A stretch of 64,000 nt of DNA from Octopus vulgaris. Its lineage: Eukaryota. Position 1 is the stretch's first letter; the number at the start of each line of letters is the position of its first letter. Below are positions 1 through 11,830 of this stretch, one piece after another. The notes under the pieces are model-generated. The model ran no database searches, was not told where the DNA came from, and saw only the letters and a list, made by a program, of their open reading frames with translations. A program made the position numbers and the translations under genes. The stretch lies in the NCBI GenBank assembly GCA_951406725.2, contig OX597821.1, positions 39,804,001 through 39,868,000 of the forward strand, in the 5' to 3' direction.

Positions 1-462
1 CTGAGTGTGGCATCCCACATGGGACAGTGCTACACGTGGTTGGCAATTATATGCTACAATTCCATATTATTACTGTTTACATCTTGATCAGAGATTTAAT
101 ATAGCTGATTTCTCCTTTTCCAAGATCAGCAATGGTTCGGCGCTGGAAAAAGCATATAGTTTTCGCGAGTGGAATGAATTCTCATCTCTAGATGGTCATT
201 AACACACACTGATGATGGGTAACCATCCAGAAACTCGAGTCCGTGTGTATCATGTAAGGCTAGGGATGGGAGAGATGAATTCCCCTCACAAATACTAATC
301 AAACGCTAAATGTGTGTCGTTAGCCAGCTGGAAGAGATGTCTTCCTGGAGCTATAAACATCAGCAGTACTGTCCTGTGTGGGATGCCACACTTGGTTGGT
401 AATTATATGTTACGATTCAATATTGCTTCTGTTTACATCTCATTCAGAAATTTAATATAGCC
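1..462 (+). mobile_element. Short non-autonomous PLE/retrozyme-like element with inverted and direct terminal repeats, ending at (TA)n
   Basis: 4-31 is an inverted copy of 365-392. 37-106 is a direct copy of 393-462 (period 356 bp). A hammerhead motif lies at 202-248. Probably truncated by the window start. Confidence 0.65.
202..248 (+). ncRNA. Minimal type I hammerhead ribozyme (canonical C3:G8 core)
   Basis: ACACACA-CTGATGA-TGGGT(aacc)ATCCA-GAA-ACTCGAGT-C-CGTGTGT. Stem I has 6 bp plus one A/C mismatch next to the core, stem II has 5 bp, stem III is a palindrome, and the GUC site would cleave after 241. Confidence 0.75.
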
Positions 463-508
<46 letters not shown>

Positions 509-833
509 TATATAATTTGAATAACATCTGCGTTCAACTCCATTTATTTACTTATACTATACAAATTACTGCACATTAACCTGGAGTTTCTACCTTTGAA
601 TAGGTCGTTACATCCTTGTTACTTGCGTGAATTTTGCTACCCTGGTAACTGTTTATTGAATTTCCATGTTAACAGTAAACAAAGGATAATTCATTCATCC
701 ATTTACATATATATATATATATATATATCACGTGACCGACCAGACCATCAGATGTTGCTACACATCGCTTGTCACAATGTGTTCGCATTGTTTTAGCCTT
801 CGAATGACGCCACCCCGCTAGCTAAGCGAGCAA

Positions 834-871
<38 letters not shown>

Positions 872-879
872 CTATTTAA

Positions 880-1973
880 ATTCTCACTGCTACTAACTTG
901 GTCACCTAGATAACAGAAGCTATCAACTACCTCTAGCTTATCCCACTGACGGTTGATGGGGTCTATTTTCTGCACATTTTCAATGTTTATCATACCTGTG
1001 CATCTTCTACATACAAAGGCTAGTTTCTCTGTTAACCTTCCTCTGATATTGCTGCACTTCTTATGTATCCAAAGCTTTCACTGGGTACATCTTAGGAAGT
1101 TTGTACCTATGCCTTTTCTACAGATTGAGCAGGGCCATCTACTTGAAGGGATTTGGAATTTGTCTGCCTTCCTTCTTACTAAGACTTTAGTTTTTGCTAG
1201 GTTGATTCTAAGGCCCTTCAATTCTAGACCTTGCTTCTACTCCTGAAATTTCTTCTCCAGTTCTGGTAGTGATTCAGTTATACGAGCAAGGTTATCAGCA
1301 TAGAGGAGCTCCTAGGTGCAGCCTGTTTTAAATTGCTCTGATGAACAAGAGGGGGCTGAAGACTGATCCTTGGTGAACCCCTACTTCTACCCTGTACTCA
1401 TTGCCCACTCACCTTACTGGTAGTATCCATGTGCATAGCTTGTACCACTCATCTATCCCTATTTTCCAAACTGACCACCAGATAAGGGATCAGGGGACCC
1501 TGTCAAAGGCTTTCTCCAAGTCAACAAAAGCCAAGTACAGAGGTTTATCTTTAGCTAGGTATTTCTCCTGCAGTTGTCTTACCAGAAATACAGCATCAGT
1601 GGTGCTTCCCCTGGCACAAAACCAAACTGCATCTTGTCTAAACTATCTCTCTTCTTAATTAGGCTATGACTCTCTTCAATTTTCATTACCTGATATAACA
1701 ATTTGATACCTCTGTAATTATTCCTATCTAAGGCATTGCCTTTACCTATGTAGCAGCTGATTATGGTGCTGCTACACCAGTCATTGGGTATGATTCCTTC
1801 ATGAACCTCCTGATTTATAATTCGGGTGACCAGACCATAACCTACACAGCCAGATATTTTAAGCATCTCAGCAGTGATTCCTGATGGGCTGGGGGTTTTC
1901 TCTGTTGTCATATCCTTAATTGCTTTTCTACCAAGGTACAGTTTATTTGGGTAACTGGTCCCTGAACTGGGTC
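880..1973 (-). mobile_element. Decayed RTE-clade LINE ORF2 fragment (RT)
   Basis: Translations GITAEMLK, NYRGIKLL, QFGFVPG, LYLAFVDLEKAFDRVP and LEVVDSFCYLGD, with frameshifts and stops. Confidence 0.9.
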
Positions 1974-2001
1974 ATATGTGTGTGTATGTGTGTATATATA
2001 C

Positions 2002-2038
<37 letters not shown>

Positions 2039-3714
2039 GCACATACACACATACATATATGTATACACACACACACACACATATATATATACACTCACAT
2101 ATATATATGTATGATATGTTAGATTATTTAGTTTAGTATACCACCAAAGAAGATAGGATGGTCATGGTGGGAATGTCTTTAATTATTGACTTGCTTGATA
2201 AGAATCCGCTTGGGGTTTATCAGTAACAACAAATTAAATAAAAGATGTATTAACAAGTATTTCAATGTTGCTGGAAATGTTTTGTGTCTAAGGCCTTAGT
2301 TATCATTCTCTTCATATTTAATGAAGCCCTCTACATGACTGATAATTAATTTATGAATCCCAGAAGAAATAAACGTATAGTCATCAGCATCAGGATTTGA
2401 ACTCGAGACATAAATGGTTTTAGTAAATACTATAAGCATTTGCATGTGTTGCTCTCACCATTCCGCCAACCAACCAACCAACCATGTTGAATGGTAGTAT
2501 TGCATTACTCAAACCACTAACCATTCACCTGATCGTTTTACACTCTTGTCTCGTCAGCTCATAACTAATTTCTCGGCCAGTGCACTACAATTTATGTTTG
2601 CAGTGAGACTGCTCTGGTTAGAGAGAGATGTATATCGATTTTTAGATAGCTCTTCATAAGTTTCTTACAACCAAATAAAAACAAAATTTAATTTATATTT
2701 TTGTTAATAAAAAAAATTTTTTTCTTTAAAATTTAATTGTAAATTTCAATTAAAATAAATTTAGTCCCATCTAAGTAGCAATAAGAGAACAGAGAGGATG
2801 GGGAGAGGCTAATCTCAACAATCCATAAATCACACACACACACACACATGCAAACACACACATACCAACACACATGCAAACACACACATACCAACACACA
2901 TGCAAACATACACATACCAACACAAATGCATTATACACAATCATACAACATTGACAGTGCAGAGACATCTGTAGGAGGTGTTTCATGACAGAATGCTTTA
3001 TTCCACATTGGCCACAGTTCATTTGTCTGTCTGTCTATGAGAAATAGGTACCAAATCCTTTGGAAATATTATTAGTACAAAACTTATCTCTCCCCACTGC
3101 TGTTCGCCAATTTCTAGTTATGAAACTGGAGCTAAGAAGACATTGTCATTTCACATATATTTCCAGTGATAGGTATGTTATTTAATTTGTTGTAGCCATC
3201 ACATGTGTAAGTATATGAGACAGCTGGAATATGGAATTAGCTTTGACAGCAGTATCAATATGCAGTAAATAGGATGCAGGTAAGCACTGATGTTAAATTT
3301 TGGTGCCACATTTTAACTACTTTGCAGATACATGGTATTTGCTTTGAAGCTCACAATTATTGACTATCAACAGCATTTGCTCTGTTATCATTGCTCAATC
3401 TATATTTTTACAAACATTACATGCATGTATGATATAAGTAATGACGACAACAACAACAACAACACTATTGATAATAACAACAACAACAACAACAACAACA
3501 TGTTCTACATAAATTTATCCCCGTGCACATGCAACCATGCTCTCACTCTGTGTTTTGTTTTCTCCCACAGGCATCAGTATTTTTCCATTGCATGGCAGCA
3601 CACCTGTTAGCCATCTTCAGATGCAAAACCTTGTTGTCCCCTGACATCTCTGGTTGAGACTTGGGTGCAACTTGTGTAAATTAAAGCAAAACCAAAATTT
3701 AACATAATAATAAT

Positions 3715-3920
3715 CCTTTCTACTTTAGGCCTGAAATTTTGGGGGAGGGGACAAGTCGATTACATTGACCCCAGTGTTTCACTGGTATTTAATTTATCGA
3801 CCCCAAAAAGATGAGAGGCAGAGTTGACCTTGGCAGCATTTGAACTCAGAACACAAAGACGGACAAAACACAGTGAAGCATTTTTCCCATCATTGCTAAC
3901 GATTCTGCCAGCTCACCACC

Positions 3921-3922
<2 letters not shown>
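3715..3922 (-). mobile_element. tRNA-derived SINE family A (MetaSINE-like core), variant tail
   Basis: Shares ttatcgacccc..aaag.atga.aggca.agttgacct and the B-box tttgaactcagaac with the copies at 5572, 14969, 17510, 18502 and 35285. Confidence 0.8.
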
Positions 3923-3966
<44 letters not shown>

Positions 3967-3977
3967 TGATGATGATG

Positions 3978-4038
<61 letters not shown>
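3922..4038. repeat. (AAT)n/(GAT)n microsatellite
   Basis: Direct reading. Confidence 0.98.
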
Positions 4039-4040
<2 letters not shown>

Positions 4041-4572
4041 GCCCTGATGCAGTGGCTCTCGTGACTTCTGATCTTAACTGATTGGAAGTGTTATGTACAT
4101 TGTTTTGTCTTGGTATAAAAGATGGGCTACAGCAAATATTCTGCTCAGTACCACAGATTTGCTTGTCAGTTGTTTGACCATAACCAGTTGAGTATGTCTC
4201 TTAGTGGCTGACGATATGTGCATCTCTGATCATGAACAGAAGTAGTAGGGGAAGCATCATAGCCATGTGTTGAGAGGGATTCTTTGGGGGTTTGAATAAT
4301 TCACCTCTGGAAACATGGGTGTTTCATTCAACATCCTTAAACAACCCTTATTCAGGGACCTTTTGAGTGAGATGGGCTACTCGACCAGAAGAAAATTCTA
4401 ACTGGGCCCCACCTGCAAGGTCATGTGCTGCTTATCTTGATATGAGATCACCATATGGTTGTGATGCATGTGCCTAGTGTACCCTTATCAGATGGGTAGT
4501 CATGATGGGTATACTGGGCTTCATATATTTTACCCCAGTGTCACTTTGATGACATGCACTGCTCTCTCACTC
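4039..4572 (+). mobile_element. About 530 bp non-coding interspersed element embedded in (AAT)n
   Basis: Complex, higher-GC block with sharp borders and (AAT)n on both sides. No coding homology recognised. Confidence 0.5.
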
Positions 4573-4929
4573 AATAATAATAATAATCATAATAATAATA
4601 ATAAAATAATAATGATAATAATAACAACAACAACAACAACAACAGTATAAATTCTCTTTAAATAACTGTATAAACACAGTTTTACTTATATCTACAACAT
4701 TGAAAACTTACTAGAATTTCAGTGATGCACCCACCCATTCCCAACCCTGCCACCTGTACTAGAAGCCTTGGTAAAGATTGTGATAAAGACTGACAGAATA
4801 GTGATAGTAAAAATGGTAATGTTAGCAAAGATAACAATGATAACAGTGGTAGTAACCTGCTACTCACATATATTCTCCCAGGAATAAGAACAAACCTGAG
4901 TCAAATCAAATAATAATACTAATTAAAAA

Positions 4930-5130
4930 ATGTGGCTGTGTGGTAAGGTGCCGGCGTGGTAGTGTGGTAAGAAGCTTGCTTCGCAACCATGTGGTTCTGA
5001 GTTCAGTCCCACTATGTGGTAACTTGGGCTGGTGTCTTCTCCTATAGCCTCAAGCTGACCAAAGCCTTGTGAATGGATTTGGTAGACAGATACTGAAAGA
5101 AGCCCATTGTGTGTGTACGTGTTTGTGTGT

Positions 5131-5169
<39 letters not shown>

Positions 5170-5447
5170 CGTGTGTGCATGTGTGTGCGTATGTGTGTGT
5201 ATATATATATATATATATGTTTATGAGTGTTTGTGTCTGTTTGTTTCCCCCTCCCCACATGCGCACACACGCACCATCGCTTCACAACCAATGTTGGTAT
5301 GTCTATGTTCCTGAAACTTAGCAGTTCAGAAAAAGAAACCAATAGAATAAGTACTAGGCTTACAAAGAATAAGTCCAGGGGTTGATTTGTTTGACTAAAG
5401 GCAGTGCTCCAGTCAAATGACTGAAATGTGTAAAAGAATAAAAGAAT
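4930..5447 (+). mobile_element. tRNA-derived SINE family B (CORE-like) with internal (TG)/(TA) microsatellite
   Basis: A-box tggtagtgtggt, B-box gagttcagtccc, body ending gaagccc, internal microsatellite, 3' body ending cagtcaaatgactgaaa..taaaagaataaaaga. Six copies in the window. Confidence 0.88.
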
Positions 5448-5571
5448 ATGTAATATATATTTGTTATGAACACAGATGCATGTGTACATAAATGTACACA
5501 CACACGCACACAGAGAAACACTGGCACACACACATCATTAAGATAATGATATTAATAATGATATTAATATT

Positions 5572-5804
5572 AAGGCGGTGAGCTGGCAGAATCGATAGCA
5601 CACCGGGTGAAATGCTTAGTGGTATTTTGTCTGCTGCTACGTTCTGAGTTCAAATTCCACCGAGGTCGACTTTGCCTTTCATCCTTTCGGGGTCGATTAA
5701 ATAAGTACCAGTTACGCACTGGGGTTGATGTAATCGACTTAATCTGTTTGTCTGTCCTTGTTTGTCCTCTCTGTGTTTAGCCCCTTGTGGGTAGTAAAGA
5801 AATA
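5572..5804 (+). mobile_element. SINE family A, full length with TSD
   Basis: Head aggcggtgagctggcagaatcg, B-box gagttcaaattcc, core gcctttcatcctttcggggtcgat. TSD gatattaatatt at 5560-5571 and 5805-5816. Confidence 0.92.
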
Positions 5805-5979
5805 GATATTAATATTGGTGTATGTATATATGTAACCAAAACTCTGTCAGTCCCTGCTCCCTACTCTCTGACTGCTATTGACAACCCTTCTGAAGTTACT
5901 CAAACATCTGATATCAAAGAGAGGGTCTTCTTGAGTACATCAATGCACCACACATCTCGCTTCTCTGTCATCTCCTTGC

Positions 5980-6806
5980 TGCTCCAAATAACTACATCAG
6001 GTCTGTTATGTTTGCAGTTGGCAGACGTTTCAATGGCAATGTTTTACCAGTATTTCTTGTGTTGATATGTATGTCTTCATCATCATCATCGTTTAACGTC
6101 TGCTTTCCATGCTAGCATCGGTTGGACGATTTGACTGAGGGCTGGTAAACCAGATGGCTGCACCAGGCTTCAATCTTGATCTGGCAGAGTTTCTACAGCT
6201 GGATGCCCTTCCTAACGCCAACCACTCCAAGAGTGTAGTGGGTGCTTTTACATGCCATCGGCACAGGTGCCAGTCAGGTGGTACTAGCAACGAACTCACT
6301 CGAATCCTTTACACATACCACCAGCACAGGTGCCAGTAAGGTGATGCTGGTAATGATCACGCTCGAATGGTGTCTTTTACGTGCCACCGACATGGAGACC
6401 AGATAGCCACTCTGGCAATGATCAAGCTCGGATGATGCTCTTAATTCCTACTAGCAGGGTGCTCAAGTGTCAGTAAGGTGACGCTGGTAACGATCACGCT
6501 CAAATGGTGCCTTTTAAGTGCCACTGGCATGGAAGCCAGTTTGTATTCAATAGAATTGCTTATATTTATGCCAGGGCTGTCTTTTCTGCAGATGGCATTC
6601 TACATTGTTTTAGCAGCAACATCATATCACAGTGAGAGGTTGTATACCATGATGACATTTTTGGACATCTTCTGATTACATGTATTATTTCATCCATAGA
6701 AATTCACATAACACTTGCAGTCGCATCTTGGGATGTTAAGGGCTTTGCTCTCTCAATTTGTCCATATGATATTTTGCAGTTATCTCTTGTTCCTGTATTG
6801 GAAAGC

Positions 6807-6810
<4 letters not shown>
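5980..6810 (-). mobile_element. R4/Dong-like RLE retrotransposon C-terminal fragment, split by a later insertion
   Basis: Minus strand 6541-6810 gives IQEQEITAKY..CDCKC..IIHVIRRCPKMS..YDVAAKT (CCHC knuckle and RHD-like motif). 5980-6075 gives KYW*NIAIETSANCKHNRPDVVIW (PD motif of the restriction-like endonuclease). Confidence 0.7.
6078..6540 (-). mobile_element. Non-coding retroelement 3' region family C with (GAT)n tail and internal tandem units
   Basis: Reverse complement of ggttggcgttaggaagggcatccagctgtagaaactctgccagatc...gctagcatggaaagcagacgttaaacgatgatgat, as in the copies at 25.3, 33.0, 45.0 and 53.0 kb. Confidence 0.85.
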
Positions 6811-6853
<43 letters not shown>

Positions 6854-7140
6854 TTTAAACATAAAAAAAGAACTCAATATGTAAATTAGAGTGTATCTAA
6901 TTATTTCTTTCCACTAAGAATCAGCAAGATGAAGGCTGTTTATAAAGTGCCTCAATAATTTTTTTTAAAAATGCCTTTATTATTAGGTTATTAGAGTGCA
7001 TGATTTGAAAACTCTCTTACAATTGGTTGTGAGCACGCAAGGGAATATACACACATACATACACACATGCACGCAAGCATATGTGTATATATGTATTTAT
7101 ATATATACATATATATATATATACATGCACATATATATAT

Positions 7141-7187
<47 letters not shown>

Positions 7188-7829
7188 CATATATATATGT
7201 ATTTAAAGAGAGAGATTTGTATACAAACATGCATATGTATATATGTGTTGTGTGTGTGTGTGTGATAACTTATATATCAACACATTTGCACATGCACACA
7301 AGCATACAAATACACTCACATACGCAGACATAAGCAGCTATAAGTGCACACACTGTATATTTGTTCATATCTTATGATCAGCCACCCACACAGATTTACT
7401 TGCACATGCATACAGACTTGCACACGTAAATGCATTTACACGTGTATATACATGTAGGTGTGCGTGTGGTTGTATTTGTACATGAAAGCTACATTTAACT
7501 ATGGGCACAAACACACAACATACATGTAGCCATTGAAAATTGCGTGTATACAAACAAAGACGGAAGCATCAATACAGAAATGCATTTAAAATATTCATAT
7601 ATGTTTGTGTGAATATATTTACGAATAACAAATAAACAAATATACATTAGAAATATCCATGTAAAAATGGCACGAAGGAGGCAGAGGCACTTATATTAAT
7701 GGAGAGAGTGATATTTAGGCAATGGCGGGGCGGTGGTGGTGGGGGTTGTGCTAACATGGCTAGGGAATATGTCAGAGAGAAAGAGATAGGGAAGCCAAAT
7801 GATGTATACATGTGCATATGTAATGTCTA

Positions 7830-7904
<75 letters not shown>

Positions 7905-8120
7905 CATAGAGAGATACTATTGACAATCCAATAATTTATTTATATTATAATATTACATGATATACTATGAATATAACATAATATTATATAACATAAGCAA
8001 TTATCAAAAAACCCATAAAAGGCCAACAAATTGTTTTGACATATACATTTTCTGATATACATGTCAGTGAATTAGATGTTTAACACACCCCTTTGAAGGA
8101 TCTAGTTTCCTCAGTTTGTT

Positions 8121-8151
<31 letters not shown>

Positions 8152-8159
8152 GTAAATAT

Positions 8160-8342
8160 AGTGAGAATTTACAAAAAAACAAAAAGATGAAGACAGGTGT
8201 GTAAATAACAAACAGATGTATTAGTTTAACGCTCGGGGAGTGAGAAAGTCTTTTACGTTTTGAGCCTACGCTCTTCAACAGAAAGGAACATAGAAATAAA
8301 CAGGGAGAGAAGATAGAAAAAGGTTTAGTGGCTAGTGATCTA
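8160..8342 (-). mobile_element. Short PLE-like element abutting (TA)n with degenerate minimal hammerhead (8250-8285)
   Basis: Minus strand CTTT-CTGTTGA-A-GAGC(gtag)GCTC-aAA-ACGT-A-AAAG, with G12 mutated to A. Homologous to 55021-55210. Confidence 0.65.
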
Positions 8343-10240
8343 TGTGTGTGTGTGTTTTTTTGTGTATATATATATATATATCTATATATGGTTGTTCAAT
8401 AACTGAAGTTTTTCAGTAAAGATATTTTATATACAGCTGCTCAGTAACAGTGGTATGCGTATATAGATGCACATATACACACCCACATGCACATATACAC
8501 ACACACACACGAGACATAGCTGATAGAAAGTGTAAGAACTCTGCCTGCTGGATTCAAACACCATGTCTACAGCAAACTATGTAGCTTTGCTATAACCACA
8601 ACACCAGAGTGACACAACCACTTTAACCATCGAAACTAAAGACTTAACCCAAGTAACTAAGGTGACACACATCAGCTTCTTATCGGTAGGGGAAGGGGGT
8701 GGCTCATTCCACACAGCATTGAAGAATTGTACATATCTAATAAAGAAGAAGAGAGCATCCATTTGTGGTAGTTGAATACCACTTCTGCCTCAAATCGTTA
8801 TAGTTGTGCTAACCACTTCAACATCTCCTCTCCATGATGACACTCAGGCTGGTTATTTTTTGATTCATTTGGCTGGATCATTAAAAACTTAAGTGATTGT
8901 CTGTATTCATTGCATAGAGCATAGCCACAGCAAATCATGATTCTTATGATTGTTTCTTTCAGTTGTCTGATTGCTAAGCAATGATAAAATAATTTACAAT
9001 ATTTATTCCTCTACTTTCAATCAATAATCTATAATCCACCCAAGATCAATAAAATATGTACCAGACTTGTACTGGGGGTGATTAATCGAGTCATACCTCT
9101 CACCTCTGTGTTGCTTTGTACCAATGTGAAAACCATTTTTTATTCCTATTAATTCCCAAATGCAAACTTATATCACATAACAAAAACTCTTCACTTGGAG
9201 TGCTGGGTATATAAACTGTTCGTGTCTGTATGTATAAAATCGCTATATTTGTATACTGTAAGTATTTATTTATAGAACCATATGAATAAACTCAATCATA
9301 TTTTATGTGTGGATGCATTTATAAACTATGAGCTTATTGTATTTTATTGTTCTTGGGTGAAGCTACCTTTTACAAAATCTTTCTATCTTCTCATTCTTAT
9401 TTCAGTTTCTTTGCTTTCAGTTTAAAGCTGAAAACTATAAAATTTATTGCAAGCAAACATCGTTATCTGCATCTTTAGAAAAACACTTTAGGTTCTCTCT
9501 ATTTCTCTCTATGAAGCAGTTTTAATATTCTAAAGAATAACCTTTTATATGCTGCCTATTATTTTCAGATTTATTTCTATTACCATAAAGTTCCAAGACA
9601 TCAGGTGCAAAGCAGGACAAGATGAATTGGTAAAAGCATTATATTTGCAATGGAAAGTTATGTCAAAAGATCACATCAAAAGTGACTTTATTTATATATA
9701 CTCCATCTTGCAATATAGGAAAACAGAAACAGTGGAGTTGTTATTGTTAATCAGAGGATAATATTAATTCAAATTCTTGGAAATACATTTAAGAGTATTT
9801 AAAAAAAATTAAAATGGTCTTTCACATTCTTCAAAGTAACCTAGTCGAGGAATTCAGATAATCAGCTGCCAATTCAAAAGTCAGGAGATCCAACAATCTC
9901 TCAGCTATAAAATAATGAAGCAACTGAAACTACGTTTTTTTTTGGGTTTTTTTTTCACCTTTTTCACCTTGTTTAAGACAATAATTAAGAACAATAAAAC
10001 TTGATTGGAATATTAATACATTGTAAATATGAAATATAATGTGTTGGGAAACTTTATTTCAACTGAGATCCTTCATGCAGTTTGTAGACCAAATATCCCA
10101 TAAGTTTCTGTCTTTTAAGTTAACGAAAATAAAAAATAGGGAAGCTAACTCTGTTTAAATCAACCAATCAAAATTTTTGGCAAATTCAGAAGTATCCAAT
10201 GAGAGTGGCTCTGTTCTTTAAAGAACAAAACTGGTGACAG

Positions 10241-10275
10241 CAGACATGTTTCTGCTTTATTAGACCTTTTCAGTG
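10241..10275 (-). ncRNA. Degenerate minimal hammerhead relic
   Basis: Minus strand CA-CTGAAAA-GG..CA-GAA-ACATGT-C-TG. Palindromic stem III and GUC site are present, but G8 is lost and stem II is poor. Confidence 0.35.
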
Positions 10276-10700
10276 GAGTATATTCATCTCAGTTGGTAAG
10301 ACATTAAAAATTCAGTGTCTTGGGGTTATTTCCCTTGGTAGTTGTTCATAAATTTTAAATAACTTTAGAGGGAGTTTTTGTCCACTAGTAGTGTGGATCA
10401 TCTCCGTTAATTGAAGACCTTCAATTCCCCATATAACCAATATCCACCCCACATAGTGTGCTTAATACATAGAACATTCCATTATTTTCCTCAGTCCTGT
10501 TGTTGACTCACAAATTAGGTTTTTTTTCTGGATTCAATAATCATTTAGATTATACTATATACACTCCCTCTTTTCCTTTAACTTTCATAGTTCTTCACTG
10601 AAAACAAATTCATTAGAGTAACAAATGACTTTTGTTTTATGCTTTGTTCTTGACTTAATTTTCAGTTTTGGTTTCTGTGATTGAAGCTTTCCAGTGACCA

Positions 10701-10927
10701 TTAATCCTTCTGGAACCATATTTCTCTTGAAATTCTACTTTTGTTTCAGTTCATTTTGAAAATAATGAAGAATTCAGTAAAACACTTTTGTCATTATTCA
10801 GTTGGTGTTTGGAATATAAATTTAATATGAAATTTTGGAGAAAACGTTTCATTTAGATCCCTTTAAATCAGGAAGCTTGTACTAGATCCAAGAGTGGCCT
10901 CAGGCAGGTTCGTATCAGAAGTGTTAA
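10701..10927 (-). mobile_element. piggyBac-type MITE family 2, degenerate
   Basis: TTAA at both ends. The body is the reverse complement of 23190-23406 and 33390-33589. Confidence 0.65.
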
Positions 10928-10993
10928 TTCTGAAAATTAGATGAGACTTGTTTCACTCTGAATCATCTTTCTCCAAAATCATAAAATAATTTA

Positions 10994-11198
10994 CAGAGAT
11001 GTATTTGCATAGCAAGTGATCTGATCTGAGATTGTGTGCGGGAAGAAAACAATTTCAGCGTAGAAGGTGTTTATAAGCCATTTAAGGAACACACAAAATC
11101 CATTAGATTCACTTCAACATTTAAATTTAATTTGTCAAAATATTTTCGTCGTTTTGAGGCCGCAACTTGTTCACTGACAAAATTTTGTGCTGCATCTC
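10994..11198 (-). mobile_element. 205 bp hammerhead-bearing element with 12 bp TSD
   Basis: TSD taaaataattta at 10982-10993 and 11199-11210. Short inverted ends gagatgta/tgcatctc. Confidence 0.75.
11131..11181 (-). ncRNA. Minimal hammerhead variant with G3:C8 core
   Basis: Minus strand TTTGTCA-GTGAACA-A-GTTG(11 nt)CGAC-GAA-AATATT-T-TGACAAA. Perfect 7 bp stem I, 4 bp stem II, palindromic stem III. Confidence 0.7.
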
Positions 11199-11289
11199 TA
11201 AAATAATTTAAATACAAAATATTTATTTCATTCATTTCTTGGATTTAATATATTGAGGTTTCTGTTATTCTTGCCTTGAACAAATGGAG

Positions 11290-11830
11290 CGCTTCCTAAC
11301 CATTATTCTAACAACTTTCATATTCCTAAACGACTCTCACAATCAGTATCCCACACCCTCAACGTCCACTTTCATGCCGATGATTCCATCTTCGTTCCTC
11401 CTTCACTTACCACCTGCACCCAAGAATCATCCACATTCTAGATGTGCCGAAACCCTATGACAAAGACCTTGAAAATATCCTTCAAAAGGGTCACACTTAT
11501 CTTTGTTTTCCTTCCATAACAACAAAATCACTATCAAGAAATATTCTTAAAGTACCCTTCTCTCCCAAAATGTCGCCAGCAAGCAACTAGAACCAACATG
11601 GTTCCTACAAATGTCAGATTTCACCATATTTGAGGACCTCATTGATGAAACGCGCATTCTAAACACAGCCACAACTGCATCCCAAGCACTGGTCCCCTTC
11701 TTCAGCTTCCATTAACTTCTAGCTTTCTATACATCTCACATGGGTCCCTCAGTTGAGTGCAGCTTCCATATCTAAGGCCAGTAAAGTAGGGTCAGATGCC
11801 ATACAAACAAAACATCTTAGACTGTTTCCA
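11290..11830 (+). mobile_element. Old CR1/Jockey-like LINE RT fragment
   Basis: FLND..NVHFHADDSIF (YADD-like), DKDLENILQ and YKCQISPYL, heavily frameshifted. Confidence 0.55.

Noticed and set aside
513-706. Hammerhead in a (TA)n-flanked block
   Set aside because: The minus strand has ACCT/AGGT followed by GAAAC but no NUGANNA core, so at most a deleted relic.
2930-3320. Conserved microRNA hairpin
   Set aside because: No mature sequence I recognise and no clean 60-70 nt hairpin.
3570-3624. Minus-strand CTGAAGA...GAAA hammerhead-like match
   Set aside because: There is a 7 nt insert before GAAA, no stem III, and G at the cleavage position.
4923-5531. 202 aa ORF and many similar YIYI/THTH/CVCV/ERER/poly-N/poly-D ORFs
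   Set aside because: These are translations of microsatellites and SINEs.
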